The notes beneath the pieces are model-generated. The model was not told the origin of the DNA. It ran no database searches and saw only the letters and a list, made by a program, of their open reading frames with translations. The translations under genes were made by a program, and so were the position numbers. Positions 1 through 13,295 of a stretch of 64,000 bases of DNA are shown here, one piece after another. The stretch spans positions 28,398,001-28,462,000 of the forward strand of contig NC_058368.1 of NCBI RefSeq assembly GCF_018350175.1. Direction: 5' to 3'. This stretch comes from Felis catus (Eukaryota). Numbering within the stretch: the stretch's first letter is position 1; the number at the start of each line of letters is the position of its first letter.

Positions 1-20
1 ATGGAGAGGTTGGATCAGAT

Positions 21-170
21 CAGTGGTTCCTAAACTGGCTGCAGATAAGAATCCCCCAGGGAGGGTGATTCGAGGGTGCTCTGACCCCTCACCCAGAGAT
101 TGCAGTTCTATAGGGCTGGAGTAGGTCCTGGACGCTTTTACACATGCTTTCTGGATGACTCTCAAGCAGT
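21..170. mobile_element. MER5-like hAT DNA transposon fragment
   Basis: cagtggttcctaaact terminus and MER5-like body, by recall. Confidence 0.55.
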
Positions 171-261
171 CAACTGAGCACTGGAAATTGATGAACTAGT
201 GTTGCATTTGGAAACTTGGGACCTGTGGGCGCTGACCTGTCAGTACAGGGGTTGGGATGCG

Positions 262-434
262 GTCTGTCCCTGTAAAGAACTTTATTGGAATAGAGTCGGC
301 TCATCACTTATGTATCATCGATGGCTGCTTTCCTGCTACAGTGGCGGAGTTGAGTGCACCTGCCAGAGACCGCACGGCCCACAAAACCAAAAATATTTAC
401 AGGCCGACCCTTTACAGAGAAAGTTTGCTTACCC
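262..434. mobile_element. MER58A-like hAT-Charlie element
   Basis: ggctgctttcctgctacagtggcggagttgag...aaatatttac...ccctttacagagaaagtttgc. Confidence 0.7.
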
Positions 435-585
435 TTTCACTACTGGGTTACAAAATCACTTCGATAGGTGGCAATCAGTATTAAAAAAAAAATAAAACAG
501 AAAATACCAATACTATTTAATGCATGTAAATACGTGCTGTGTTGTTAAATTTGCTATTATATACATGCATGTTTGTAAATGTGTA

Positions 586-610
586 TGTGTGTGTGTGTGT
601 GTGTGTGTGT
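586..610. repeat. (TG)n microsatellite
   Basis: Direct reading. Confidence 0.9.
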
Positions 611-1360
611 ATATACAGATATCTGTATATACACATACATTTATGCATAATGGGGAATATGTATTTCTAATTGTGGGTAGCCGCCAAAAAAATTTGAAAA
701 AATCAAACTATAATCTGAGGTAGCTTTCATCTGTGGACTTTGAGCTGCCAGCGTGCTTTGGCAACATGGATGTGGGCGGGAGGGAGGAGGGAGTGGGACA
801 GGAGCTACGCAGACAATATGCTTTACCTGACTCACTCTATGCTTCTTGGGGGCTGCTTCCTACTTGGTAAGGCAGTGTCACTCCTTTAAGGAATGGTAGT
901 GCTCAATGTCCGTGTTTGTTCAAAATGTCATTGCTAGAAATAGAACCAACTAAAGTTGTGTGCAGGGTGTGAGGGTGCTCTAATGGGGCAAATACTAAAT
1001 TTACAGGGTTGTCATAAGGATTAAATGTACATATAGTGCTTCAAACTGAGAGGTGCTATATGGTGCTGGGATGCTACTAGCTTTTATCTGCAGCCTCTCA
1101 TTCTTACAATTGTACCCACATCCCAGTCGTAAGACTAGCTCCCGAATGTTACCAACCATAGCACTGATTGTCACGTTTTGTGAATGCACTAGTGGCGGTA
1201 CAGGGACTAAGGGAGACAAACATTGGGGCCAGAGCTAGGGAAGGAAAGATGGGGTTCAAATTCTTGGACTGCTGGGACAATTCTTATTTCTAAAAATAAT
1301 AATAATACAGAAAAATCTGTATTTAGACTTCCTGGTGAAAATTCTAATTTGCTAGCACTA

Positions 1361-1701
1361 TGCTATGGTCTGCATATTTGTTGGAATCCTAACCCCCAAT
1401 GCTATTAGGAGGTGGGGACTTTTAGAGGTGATGAGGTCATGAGAGCACATCCCTCATTAATGGAATTAGTACTCTTACAAATGAGACGCCAGAGAGCTCT
1501 CTGGACCTTTCTGCCCCATGAGGACACAGAGAGAAGATGGTCTTCTGTGGCCAGAAAGTGGGCTTTTGCCAGACACTGAACTTCCTCGCGCCTCGATCTT
1601 GGGATTTCCCGGCCTCCAGAACAGTAAGAAATAAATTTCTGTTGTTTAAAATCCACTCAGTCTATAGCATTTCGTTAGAGCAACCCAAAAGGACAAAGAC
1701 A
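1361..1701 (+). mobile_element. MLT1A-like MaLR solo LTR
   Basis: TG...CA ends, aataaatttctgttgttta motif, degenerate 5-bp TSD cacta/gacta. Confidence 0.8.
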
Positions 1702-2626
1702 GACTATAAACTGTTGGCTGCCAAGATTAGGAAATGGGCTTTCTGATTAATCAAGAATCGTAATTATGTAAACACACTGCTTGTTAAGAAAAGCAGAAAC
1801 AATTCGTATATAATAAAAGATAATTTGCAATGTAAAGTGTAAGTAATTTAATATGATTCAGAAAGCCCTTTGGAATCAAGCTGTGCCTCAGGGTCGCCAT
1901 GGAGATGCATAAAAGTTTCGGTTGCTTTTAATGGGATGCTGAATGACAAGCTTTTTCAGAGTTTAAACTCAGGTTCCTTTGTTTCCTAATTTGGTTAGGG
2001 CCATGGATATTTTTCATTTATGTATAATCAATTGCAGGATTGATAAAGAGACCCCAAGGTGTTCTGGTCTTCTGATCCGATGCTTGAATCACTTCTGACT
2101 CAGTCAACAAATAGATATTGTGCATGACCATGTGCCAAGTACTTTTCCATACACTGGGTCGTACTAGTGACAACATTTTCTTCTCACGAGGAGTTCACGT
2201 TCTTGCAGCCTGTGTTTGAACACTTTTCTCAAAAGGGAACACATTCTGTGACACAGCCCAGTGCATCTTTAGACATTGCAGTTTTTCTTGCCAATTTCAC
2301 TTGCTTCTCACATTTAGAACGAATGCAAAACCAATCCTCTTTGATAGTCCTTCAAAGATTTGAAGACAATTCTTACATCCAACCTCCTATCCTCTTGTAT
2401 CTACTCCCAATCTCCAACCTTGAAACACCCTCTACGCATTGTCTTCCTCTGTGCTCCCCACATATGTGGTGGCGTATTTTTTTCATCGCATGCCACTCTG
2501 TTACAATAACACCTGGGGACAACACCTGCCATGCATTAGGTAACAAGTGCTTGTTGGTGAACTTCAAGGACTCATTGCTATAAGGATAAACTAAACTATA
2601 TTTTACCATTAAGAATTCCCCCTCCT

Positions 2627-2837
2627 GGGGCATGTGGGTGGCTCAGCTGGTTAAGCGTCCAACTTTAGCCCAGGTCGTGATCTCATGATTCGTGGGTTCA
2701 AGCCCCACGTTGGGCTCTGTGCTGACAGCTCAGAGCCTGGAGCCTGCTTCGGATTCTGGGTCTCCCTCTCTCCCTCTCTGCCCTTCCCCTGCTCATGCTC
2801 TTCCTCTGTCTCAAAAATGAGTAACGTTAAAAAAACA
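2627..2837 (+). mobile_element. Can-SINE (SINEC_Fc)
   Basis: tRNA-derived head, CT tract, A tail, TSD aagaattccccc. Confidence 0.92.
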
Positions 2838-2869
2838 AAGAATTCCCCCACCAGATGGATCTTACTAAA

Positions 2870-3284
2870 AAATAAAAGAACTGAATGAACTATTGTTACA
2901 TGCAACGGTTTGGATGAAATCTCCACGGAATTGGGCTGGGGGGTGGGGGTGGGTGGGAATAAGTTGTATACTGTATGATTCCATTAATATAAAATGAAAT
3001 GACAAAATTATAGAAGTGGAGATAGGATGGAGGCAGGAGGGAAGTAGGTGTGGCTATAAAGGGCAGCTTAGGGGATCCTTGTATGGCCTTGGGGTGAAAG
3101 AACTGTCCAGCATCTGGACTCTGTCAGTGTCAACAGCCTGGTTGTGATATTGTACTATAGTTGTGCCGGGTGTTATCATAGGGGGGAAATGGGTGAAAGG
3201 TACACACCATCTCTCTCTGTACTATTTTGTACAACTGTATGTGAATCTACAATGATCTCACAATAAAAAGTTTAATTAAAAAAA
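2870..3284 (+). mobile_element. Old L1 (L1MC-like) 3' fragment
   Basis: L1M 3' UTR motifs ending in aataaaaag/A-rich tail. Confidence 0.65.
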
Positions 3285-3339
3285 TAAGACTTTCTCCCAG
3301 AAAGAAAGTAGGCTTCACACATTCTCCAAATGCATTCTT

Positions 3340-3345
3340 TTTATT
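3340..3345 (-). terminator. Candidate distal polyadenylation signal (AATAAA)
   Basis: Plus-strand tttatt; UGUA motifs upstream (plus taca at ~3404, 3435, 3464); GU/U-rich tract downstream (gtgtgaagcctactttcttt); repeat-dense DNA resumes below 3290. Confidence 0.6.
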
Positions 3346-6300
3346 TTGAGAAGGACGATCTCAAGGCAGTGCCCTTTGGGAAAGGCATCTCTCATCATCA
3401 TGTACATCGAGATCAACCATTACTCCCAGCAAAGTACAAAAATACACACATCAGTGACTTCCGTACAATAAATACATAATCATGCATCCCACAATAAAAG
3501 GCACGGAAAACTGGTCACTTAGTAGTCATAAAAATTACTAGCTACATTAACAAAGCCACCCAAATTATCTGTATAAGTAACTGTAACAATATATTCCAAA
3601 GGTGAAAACACATAAAACATCTTTAAAATAGTATGCAATAAATATCTCAATTGTATATATTTAAAAAATTATGCCATTGTAAACAGCATGTAAACAAACA
3701 AAACACATTTCCTTACCATTATTAAAAGTAATTAGAGCCAAAGTTATAACCTCTGCTCTGTCAGGTATATTTCACTGGCAAATGTGCTAAGCAGTTAAAA
3801 GTTTCACTCTTTTCTGCAGCAAACAGAGCCCATTGTGTAATAATAAATAGACATGATCTGCATCTTTCAGATACAAGTAAAAGTTTCAAAACAGACTACC
3901 AAAATGTAGTAAATTCTTAACTATAAATAATATGGCAAAGGCTAGAGTAAAACTATCTTTTGCAATGTGAGGGACAAAAGGAGCTACACTGTCAGGTTTT
4001 CAACATGATAATAAACAGGAGGCAAATAATTATGATTATCTTTATGGGAAGGTAAATTAAGTGTCCAGTCAAGCCTCCTCCTTTTGTGGACCTTTTACAG
4101 TATCGAACAAAGAGTAAAATTGTATCAAACTAAAAATTTCTTTTCCTAGAGAACGAAGAAATGGTTGATACTTTATTTATATTGATGGGAAAGAATGACT
4201 TCAAAATATGCCTATCAAAAGGTAAAAATACACACACTTAAGGTTTTTCCCATACTTACTGACAATATATTTTTTTTCCTTCTCATAAAGGAACCCTATT
4301 GCCTAACCATCAATAAATATGCAGAGAAGTTAATTTTTTATAAGTCAAATATTTTTGCTTTCTTTCATCAATATCAGTGCCTTGTGGCATACAAATACTT
4401 GTAGTATATTTACTATATGCTCAGATAAGTATGCTACCTGTTAAATATTATTACTCTCTACTCCCCATTAAAAATTAAAAATAATTGAGGTGGAAATATC
4501 AACCCATTAACTTCAAACGGAGTCTTTGAACTATACTAGAAAGCATTACTTTATAATTTTTTTCCTTCTGCTGTGGGTTTACAGCCATACCTCATATATT
4601 TTGGTGTATGGCATTAATAGGGATATATGCCTTTCTAAAATGGACTTGAAATTGAATTCATGTTCTAGAAATCTATTAGCCACTTGGACCACACATAGCA
4701 CCTACAGAGATGGGGTTCTACGGGATTGATGAAACATATACTTGACGAGTGATGGTGAAAAAGTATTTATGGCTGATCTGAAAGTGCAAAAACTGGACAT
4801 AAAAATGGGATTAATTCTTCATGACGCAAAGTTTGTTTTTTTGGGTGGAATGAGATTATTCTAAAATAACCTGAGGAACATTTGGTTTAAACTGTGTCCC
4901 CCCAATTTCTCAGACTATAGAAAATAATTCTGAAGACAGACTATTTTATTGTACAACCAGCATCTAATCAAGTGCCCCGTACAGAGCAGGTGGAAAAATG
5001 TCTCTTACATGAGCAAAGGAAGAGGGCATTTAATTTAATTACATGCATTTTTGATTACTATTTAACTTTAGGAATTATTAACTGTAAAGAATTTTTGTGT
5101 TGACCTCTATCACGATTTGGGGACATGGCTGAAGTGTTTTATAGAATCAGAAAAGAACAAAACAAACGCTTAGGTAATAGATTTTAGTCTTTATGTTCTA
5201 GAAGGGGGGGACAACAGGCACAAACAAGCCATCTTACATTTGCATCATAAAAAATGAAATAATCCTTAGCTATAAATGACCTGAAATCACACCAATTCAG
5301 CCTAGATCTCTGGTTGGCTATTACTTTTGAGAAACTTTCACCTTCATTATTAGTTCTGATTCTTTCCCAAATATCCTTCCTTATTTTGTCTAGGTGATCA
5401 GTGCATGTGTTTATATAGACTGTAGACACTAAATGTGTCTGCAAAACAGCAAGGTGGTCTTTAGGGCATACGCATGAATTCCAAACAAGAATTTGACAGC
5501 GATTTGAAAATTTTGTAAGCCTCGTTTTTAGAAACAAGAATTCAGGTTTGGTCAGATTTGGTAAACACTTCCGACGAAAAACTAACAAATGATTATCCTT
5601 TTCGAAACAATCTCTCTTCCTTGATGTTTATCTCCTGTTGGCACGTGTGCCCAGAGTGCACACATGCTCACCTGCTCATGAATACACACATCCCTCATGT
5701 GGCTCAGGGAAGTCTAAGCTTGCATTTGTGAAAGTATAAAATTATAGAGAAGTTTGGGTTCCATAGGACCTTCATTCTTTCAAAAACATTTATTGAAGTC
5801 TTATTATATGGTAGCTTCACACTGAGACTGTTACAAAGATGGAGAAATTTGGTAGGGGGAGGAAAGGCAGGCGCACACACACACACACACACACATGAAA
5901 TTACTGAAATGTGATGTTATTTTAACAGAGAAAGTTTCAAGATGCTATGCAACATGAATGAAATACTTAACTTTGGGAAGTCAGGTAGAGCTCCACGGAA
6001 AGTTAAATATGAACCGAGTTTTGAATGAGTTGATCTCTAGCAAGTGATTATGCTAAGGCAATAAATTACAAAAGGCCTCTAGAGGAAATGGTGGCTGAGG
6101 ATGGGAAGAGGCAAAGCCATAGAGACCCTTATCTATCACACTAAGGGGTTAGGTTGCTAGGCTCCAAAAAAAAAAAAAAAAAAAATTGTTGCAAAGGAAT
6201 GACAAAGAAAATGCATTTCAGAAAGACCACTCCCACTCCGTTCAACCATGTGGAAGATGAACTAGAGGTAGGAAACAATGTACGTAGGAACACCGGTCGC

Positions 6301-7793
6301 TGAAAAACTACGGCAAAAGCACAGGAGAGAAAAATCACGAAGGTCTGTATCGGCAGAGGGCTGAACTACGGCAATGGAATTATCACTTTACTGCATATAA
6401 TTAGAAATGGAACATAAAACACCAATGCAACTTTTGAGACGGACAAAAAATGAAATATGCAACTGCATAAATACTGAGAAAACTTTGCTACATGAAACGC
6501 TTTTGCAAACACAATCCAAAAACAAGATTGGGGTTAAGCACTTGTTTTGTTCCATATTTTAGTTCAGGAGTTTCTTGGCAGAAGCAGGCAGTCACATCAC
6601 GTTGCTATGAAAATTATGTCATCTCAAAAGCTTTTTGAAAGCTTTTCAAGTCAAAGAAGGAGAGGAAACAAAAGAACTGTCCAAGTTCGCAATTCATTCA
6701 TCATTATGTATATTAAAAAATCGTTGCACAACAGATTTGTAAACAGGGTAGGTTCTAACAGAAGTTATAATTAATGTTAATTATACTAGGGCCGTCTGTA
6801 TATCAGGTCATTGTGAGACACAAATACCCAGAAAAATAATTTCTTCCCGTCACTCTACCAAATCATTCTGGAATTGTTTAGAGACCCGTCGTCATGAAAA
6901 CTAGGCTGTGTCATTAAGACAGATCCAAATCACATGCAAACGAGTTCTGCTTTGGTCTTTTCTCTATATCATCCAGTTTACAGCCTCTTATAATTTCAAC
7001 ATTTTTAGGGGAAGGGGATGTAACAGGACTTTCAAGTTATCATATTATGCTATATTCAGGACAAACTTTTTAAGTTATCAGTTAGTGACTGAATTCAAAT
7101 GTTAGGTAAAAATAGAAGGCAATATTCCCTTACCTTCATCGATATTTAATGATTTTAACATGGTTATTTGAATTTTTTCCCCTAAATTGTACTCAGATTT
7201 CCATTATGGCAATAATTAAAATAATCTCCAGTTTAGTTTCTTTACAGGAAGTTTTGCAGGACTTTTTGTGAGGGAGTACCATTCCACAGCCAGGAAATGT
7301 AGCTAACGATCCATGCTTCAGATCAAACAGCAAGAAAACCATTCAGAATTCATTTAGTACAGAGAGCAAGCGATGTCACAGCATGAAACAAGTAAGTCCC
7401 GTATTTCATTTTTGTAACCACTGATTTAAAGTGACATTTTTCTCTTTTGGGTGTTAATCTAAGAAAAGACATGAAGGTCTTAATTAAAAAGAAAAAATCA
7501 ACCAATCTGCTACTATATAATGGTTGTTTGCGGTGAATGTAGAAAAAACAAAATGAATCTGAATTTCTGAAGATTTTAGAAATGAGAGTTTAGCCTGCCT
7601 TTAAATGAATAATATGAACCTGTAGTAAACAGGTGAAAATACCAATCCCCTACTCTGGAGGATTAATGTAACTTCACTTTCATTTCAAATGCAACATCAG
7701 GGATATTAATCTGGACTTGTAATCTTCATGCTATAGTTTTGGAAGTCTTTCTTTGTATATCAAATGACAGTGGGAAAGAACTGGTAAATTTAA

Positions 7794-7973
7794 GGGGCTC
7801 CTGAAGGGCTCAGTCGGTTGAGCGTCTGACCGGCTCGGGTCCTGATCTCGCAGCTTGGGAGCTGAAGCCCCTCATCAGGCTCTCTGCTGTCAGAGTGGAG
7901 CCTGTTTCAGATGTCTGCCCCTCTCCCACTCACTGTCTCTGTGCTCTCAAAACAAATACACTTAAGAAAAAAC
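7794..7973 (+). mobile_element. Diverged Can-SINE inside the putative 3' UTR
   Basis: 16-bp TSD aactggtaaatttaag at 7779-7794 and 7974-7989. Confidence 0.88.
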
Positions 7974-10900
7974 AACTGGTAAATTTAAGTATGATTCACA
8001 CTTACATCATTTCTTCGGTAAAAGAAGAATTACCAAGTACTTATAATTGATCATTTTGAGTGCTATGTCTCATTGGGAAAACTGCAACACCAAAACATAC
8101 ATAGTTTGTAGAAAAGGCATAGTGAGCCAGTGCCAGAGTCAGTTACAGAACCACCTAAATCTAAACCATATATCCATCTGCAGAATCATATAATTCAGCT
8201 ATTTATAATATTGTAAATTCTAATAATCTTTTGTTGTTTCAAGTAAAAGGAAAATCTATCACTGCTAACAAATCTCAAGGCTTAGCAAGTTCATGAAAAT
8301 CTCTTCAACTTGTGTGGTATGGTCTGATCCACATTTACAAATATTCAATAGGAACTAGCTAAGTCCTTCTGACTCATTCTCCTTCTGTCAATCACAAAGT
8401 TGACAAAGCACAGACATTTGCTTTGTAATAAACACAAATGATGAGGTCATCCAAACTACCTGCCTAAATGACTTCTAAATTGCAACAGTGGGATGAGCTC
8501 CCTGAATTCATTGGCTATTTTGGTAACATACAGATACAGTCTCAGACATCATCGGTGTAACTATTTTGGGTTTTGTGGTATTGTGCCTACTAGACATGGA
8601 ACACATGTTCTGTGTTTCTACCGTACAAGGTGAAAGATATCTATGTTCAAACTATTCATTTCCAAATCTTTGGCAAATATCCAGCTCAAGCTCCATTTTC
8701 CTTTATAATGTTTCCATATTTCCATATAATGTTTCTCATATGTTTTCTTCTGCCTTTAATCATTGCTTATACAACAGTAAAATTAATATAAAACTCCGTA
8801 TCTTTAAAATTATAGTAAATTCTTAATCTCCTACTATTGTTCTTAAATAGTTCACAATTCACCTATTGCTCACACTGTAAAACAATAAAATGGTTGAATT
8901 TAGGGCTAGTTAAATTGTTTTCTTTGGTATGCAACATTGCCTCACCTTAAGTCAGAACATGTGATTTTATTCTGGTTGGTAGGTTATGCCCTTATGTTTT
9001 CAATTTCTAGCTTTTTAAAGAGTTGAACAGAGAATACTTTTTTAAAACAAAAATAACTCAAAACTCAATTCAAGCCTCACTAACTTAATTGACAGAAACA
9101 AATAAAGCATTAACCATCATGGTTACTATTTGTAAAGTAGACAAGAGTCAAATGCAAACACGTGTTTAAAAATATTCACCCTGGAATCTAAAGCTGGCCC
9201 CTTGAAGTACGCGGTATTTTTGGGGTTTGAGAATTTCAATGTTCAGTTTAGTGTTATATTGGCATACAATCACAGAGCTCTCTCTCTTTTAAAAGAAAAA
9301 TGGAAAGTTTATCACAGAAGTTCTGACTTGAAGATAAAATATATATTGGCAAAATCTAGCACAGTGAATCCCTTGGTTACATTAAATTCTTAATATTGGT
9401 GATTTTATTTTGGCTTTATGCCTTTTTTCTATATGTATTTTAAATATGCAAATTATTTTTTAACAAAGTCCCTATTACTATTCAGTTACCTATGATGGTA
9501 AAAACAAAAAAATACCATTTTTTTAAGAAGGAAAAAAAACTGGGCATCTGTTTGACAGAAATGAGTACTTCAAGTACGTAAGTAAATCGTTAACAGAGCT
9601 ATTATACCCTAAGCCACAGCAGTAACAAAGAAAAGAGCTAGAATATGCATTTTGTATAAAGATTAAATTTCACAACATAATAAATAAATGCACTGATTTA
9701 TACAACTTGAGAAAACCTTCTACTGATGATCACAAGTAATACTGTCTTATTATTCAGTTTGTTGATATGAGCACTGCCTCACACAGAGATTCAAAGGTAG
9801 AATTCTCACCTCCAAAGCCACAAAATATACAAAGCTGGTTTGTTATTAAATATTTTGTCTGCCAAAATTCCTGCAAACTAAAATACATCTTGGCAGTTTG
9901 AATAACCAGCAGGATAATTATTTTGGTATCAAAAGATAAGAAAAATTTTAATATGAAAATTAATAAAACCAGTAAAAGGAGAAACCTGTTGTATAAATAG
10001 ACATTTTAACACAAAAGTGAGACTTTTATCTCACTTAAGAGGAAGAAACAAATTTGATACAACTTACGTGAAGATTTGAAAATAATTATCATATCTTCCC
10101 AGCTCTAGATAAATATATTACTCCAATTTATTAATCATCTTCAATATACAATATATAACTCACAAAACTGGGAATGTTACAATACCAAAACCTTTCACAG
10201 CACTAGTTACCAGTTACCAGAACTGTAAGAAATCTTTAGCTACATATCAGCTTAATACTTAGAATATACAAATAGATATGGCTAACCTGTGGTAAACAAT
10301 AGTGCAAACAGTAAGGAACACAAAATATATTCTTTTTCTTTTTAGCTTGTTTATCTAACTGCATTATCCTACTTCAATAGCATCATCAATGGAATATGAA
10401 ACTTATCTTAATGCATTTTAAAAGTATCCCTATGTTCTTTTAGGTACGGTTAATTTACTCTTGAAATGCAGTTCCTATGAAATACCCAGGCTATTTATAA
10501 ATTCCTATACAATGAATAACTTGTAGCTAAAATGAAATATTTTAGGTGGAGTTTTTATAGCTTTTACGTAGTGGCTTGGTTTCTATTTTTCCAACTTAAA
10601 CTTGGATGTGCATAAGAAATTAAGAGAGAAGATATAAATATATGTAAATAGAAGATATTAGTTACATAAGGGGAATCAATCTGTCCATCTACAGTAGTAA
10701 TATGGGTCTTTATCTTAAACATTGTTACTGAGTTTAACGAAGTCTCAGTTACTGTTAAAGTTATTTTCCCGAAAATAACAGAAAGAAGTATACAAATAGG
10801 TACAGTCCAGCTGTCTTTTATCTCTCTGTTCTCTGTAATGATAAACATTTACAGTTTTTTCTTCTAACAGAAATATCTCAAAACAAAATCTGGAGACAAT

Positions 10901-12459
10901 AACAAAGAGGAACAATAATAAAGGTAAAGAATCCTTTGGGTATTATAAAAACCAATAATCTTTGCCTTTTTAAAGTTTTGCGTGTTTCTTTAAGAAGGCA
11001 TCCGATTGCAAAGGCATTGTGTTACTCATCTGACACAGAGATTGCTACACAAAAGTCACCTGGGAGATGCCATAGCAGAGACGGGTCCCAGGCCCCATGG
11101 CCCTCGGCAAGGGGAAGCCAGAGGGAGAGAGGTGAGGCTACCGAGTGCTGTGGGAACTGCCCAGAGAGGTTATTCCATTGACCAATAGTTAGTATTTGAG
11201 GAATCTTCACTTTTCACTCTTTCCAACTGACTTTAAAAGCTTGGTGTTTTAAAACTGCCACTTGTGTTATTATCAAACTCTGAACCCATGGTTTTACCCA
11301 ACTTGCATCTGAAAAATGCAGGATGAGTTCCTTTGGCAGGAAGAGGGCAGGAGAGATCCTAAATGTCAAGGTTGAGAGAGGTAACATTTAAGGAACTTTA
11401 GTGAAAAACTATATCCTTGTAGGATTCACATGTGTAGAACATGAGAGTCCACTGTGTTGTCAGTTCAGTCAGAAATAACAGATAATATACTTTAGAAATG
11501 ATGTATATATAAGTTTCCGCTGTAATTTTCTAAGTCATAGCTTTGCATGAATATTTTCTTTCTTGATGCCTGTTAAAAATAACTTCTATCAAGACTCAAG
11601 TGGTGCCCTCTTTATTCATTAAAATTAGCTAAAGAATCTGTAGCCAGTAATGTTTTGGTAAATGATATCAATATGTAAAAATTATTAAGTGAAGGATTAC
11701 TGACAATATATCATTGGGAAAGGTCTTATTACAGAATAAAATAATTTGTATTTTGAGGATCAAAATATATCTCAGGTACTATTTTAAGGAATTATTAACT
11801 GTCTGAAAATCAAGATAAATTAGCATTAAAAAAAAAAAGTCCAGCAAAACACACCTTCCCAAGAGCTTTAATGACACATCCACTTTACTTGGAATCATTT
11901 TGACTCTTTTTTTTTTTTTTTTCCATGCTTACTGGTTCATTTAATGTGTGTGTGCTGTTTGTATCCTGAAGCATGAACTACGTCAACAGGATAATCTGCT
12001 GATAAGAGAAAGTGAAATGTATGAGCTGTAGGAGACTGACCTGGTCTTTACTTATCTCCTTACATATTCTTCTGAAATGTTCCCTGTGACTTAAGTTGTG
12101 AACAAATGAGAATGTGACATTAGCAAGAAACTGAGCAAACGTAGATTGTTAGTGACTTCAACACGAGGTGGGGAGCTGGAGAGAGGCCAGTTACGCCCGC
12201 CAGCCCATCCCCTTTCTATCTTAGCTACCCAAATACAACTCCTGGGTAGGCAGGGTTTATCTAGAACCAGAATTAGGAATAAGCATTCAGAAGAAAACTT
12301 AGCAAAGGTGATGAATGAGCTAAAGCTCCTTTCTGGGATTTCTAGGAAGTAGTGGGTTGGGGAGTGAGCTATTCGAGGGCTTTTTGAAGCATTCGGATCC
12401 TTAATATCTGGGAGCGATAAAATGTGGCTAGGCCAGTGCTAACCACCACCAAATCTTGT

Positions 12460-12580
12460 TTACAAAGAAGATTGAAATTCAGTAGGTCTGGAGGGGACCT
12501 GAAATTCTGCATTTCTATAAGCTCCCAGGTGGCATGGATGCTGCTGGCCCAGGAACCACGTTTGAGTAGCAATGATCTAG
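12460..12580. mobile_element. MER5A-like fragment
   Basis: ttcagtaggtctgg...tctgcatttcta..agctcccaggtg..gctgctggccc...ccac.tttgagtagc. Confidence 0.7.
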
Positions 12581-12581
12581 A

Positions 12582-12757
12582 CCAGTGTTGGCCAGTACGA
12601 TTTTTGCAATGATGGAAATGTTTAACACCTGCACTGTCTATTGTAGTTACTGCGCACCTGAAACGTGGCTGGTGCAATGGAGAAATTAACTTTCTAATTA
12701 AATTAATGTAAATTTAAACAGCCACATGTGGCTAGTGCCTATAATACTGGACAGCAA
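12582..12757. mobile_element. MER3-like hAT MITE
   Basis: tgcaatgatggaaatgtt...aaatttaaacagccacatgtggctagtg...tactggacagc. Confidence 0.75.
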
Positions 12758-13182
12758 GGGTCTCGACATTCACAGGTCATCTCTTCTCAGCCAGAGCAAT
12801 CTATATCACGGTCCCGAAATCATCTAACCCATCCGTTCATTTAGATTAGCGAGTTTCCTTTTTTAAAATGTGAACTGTAAAATTAGTTTTCTTTAAATTG
12901 TTTTCTTCCTAGCACTTTGTTCAGAGGATCCGCAACAGGCACTCAAGCCGGGAGAGGTGAAAGCAGTCATTCTGTAGTATGGAAGTTGATGAGGAAAGGG
13001 TAACAAAGAGTAGTGAGAATCTGAGCAACCGTCACTGCATTGGGCATGTGGGAAATGGGAGGCCAAAAGCTGGCAAGGAAACTCAGAAAGGGAGGTGGAA
13101 TAACACTGAAGGGAAGAATTGAGTCCTTTGAAATTTTACTTAGGCCTGACCCTGTCCCTTTCCTTCTTGAAAAGCAAGTTTT

Positions 13183-13295
13183 GGAATGCCTGTCTGGCTC
13201 AGTCACCGTAGCATGTGACTCGGTCTCGGGGTTGTGAGTCAAGGCCCATGTTGCGTAGGGAGATTACTTAAAAATAAAATCTTAAAAAAAAAAAA
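13183..13295 (+). mobile_element. Short old-type Can-SINE
   Basis: SINE head, gagattacttaaaaataaaatctt tail, TSD-like gcaagtt. Confidence 0.8.

Noticed and set aside
5184..5588. 134-aa minus-strand ORF within the putative 3' UTR
   Set aside because: Non-ATG start, no domain similarity; expected by chance in 64 kb
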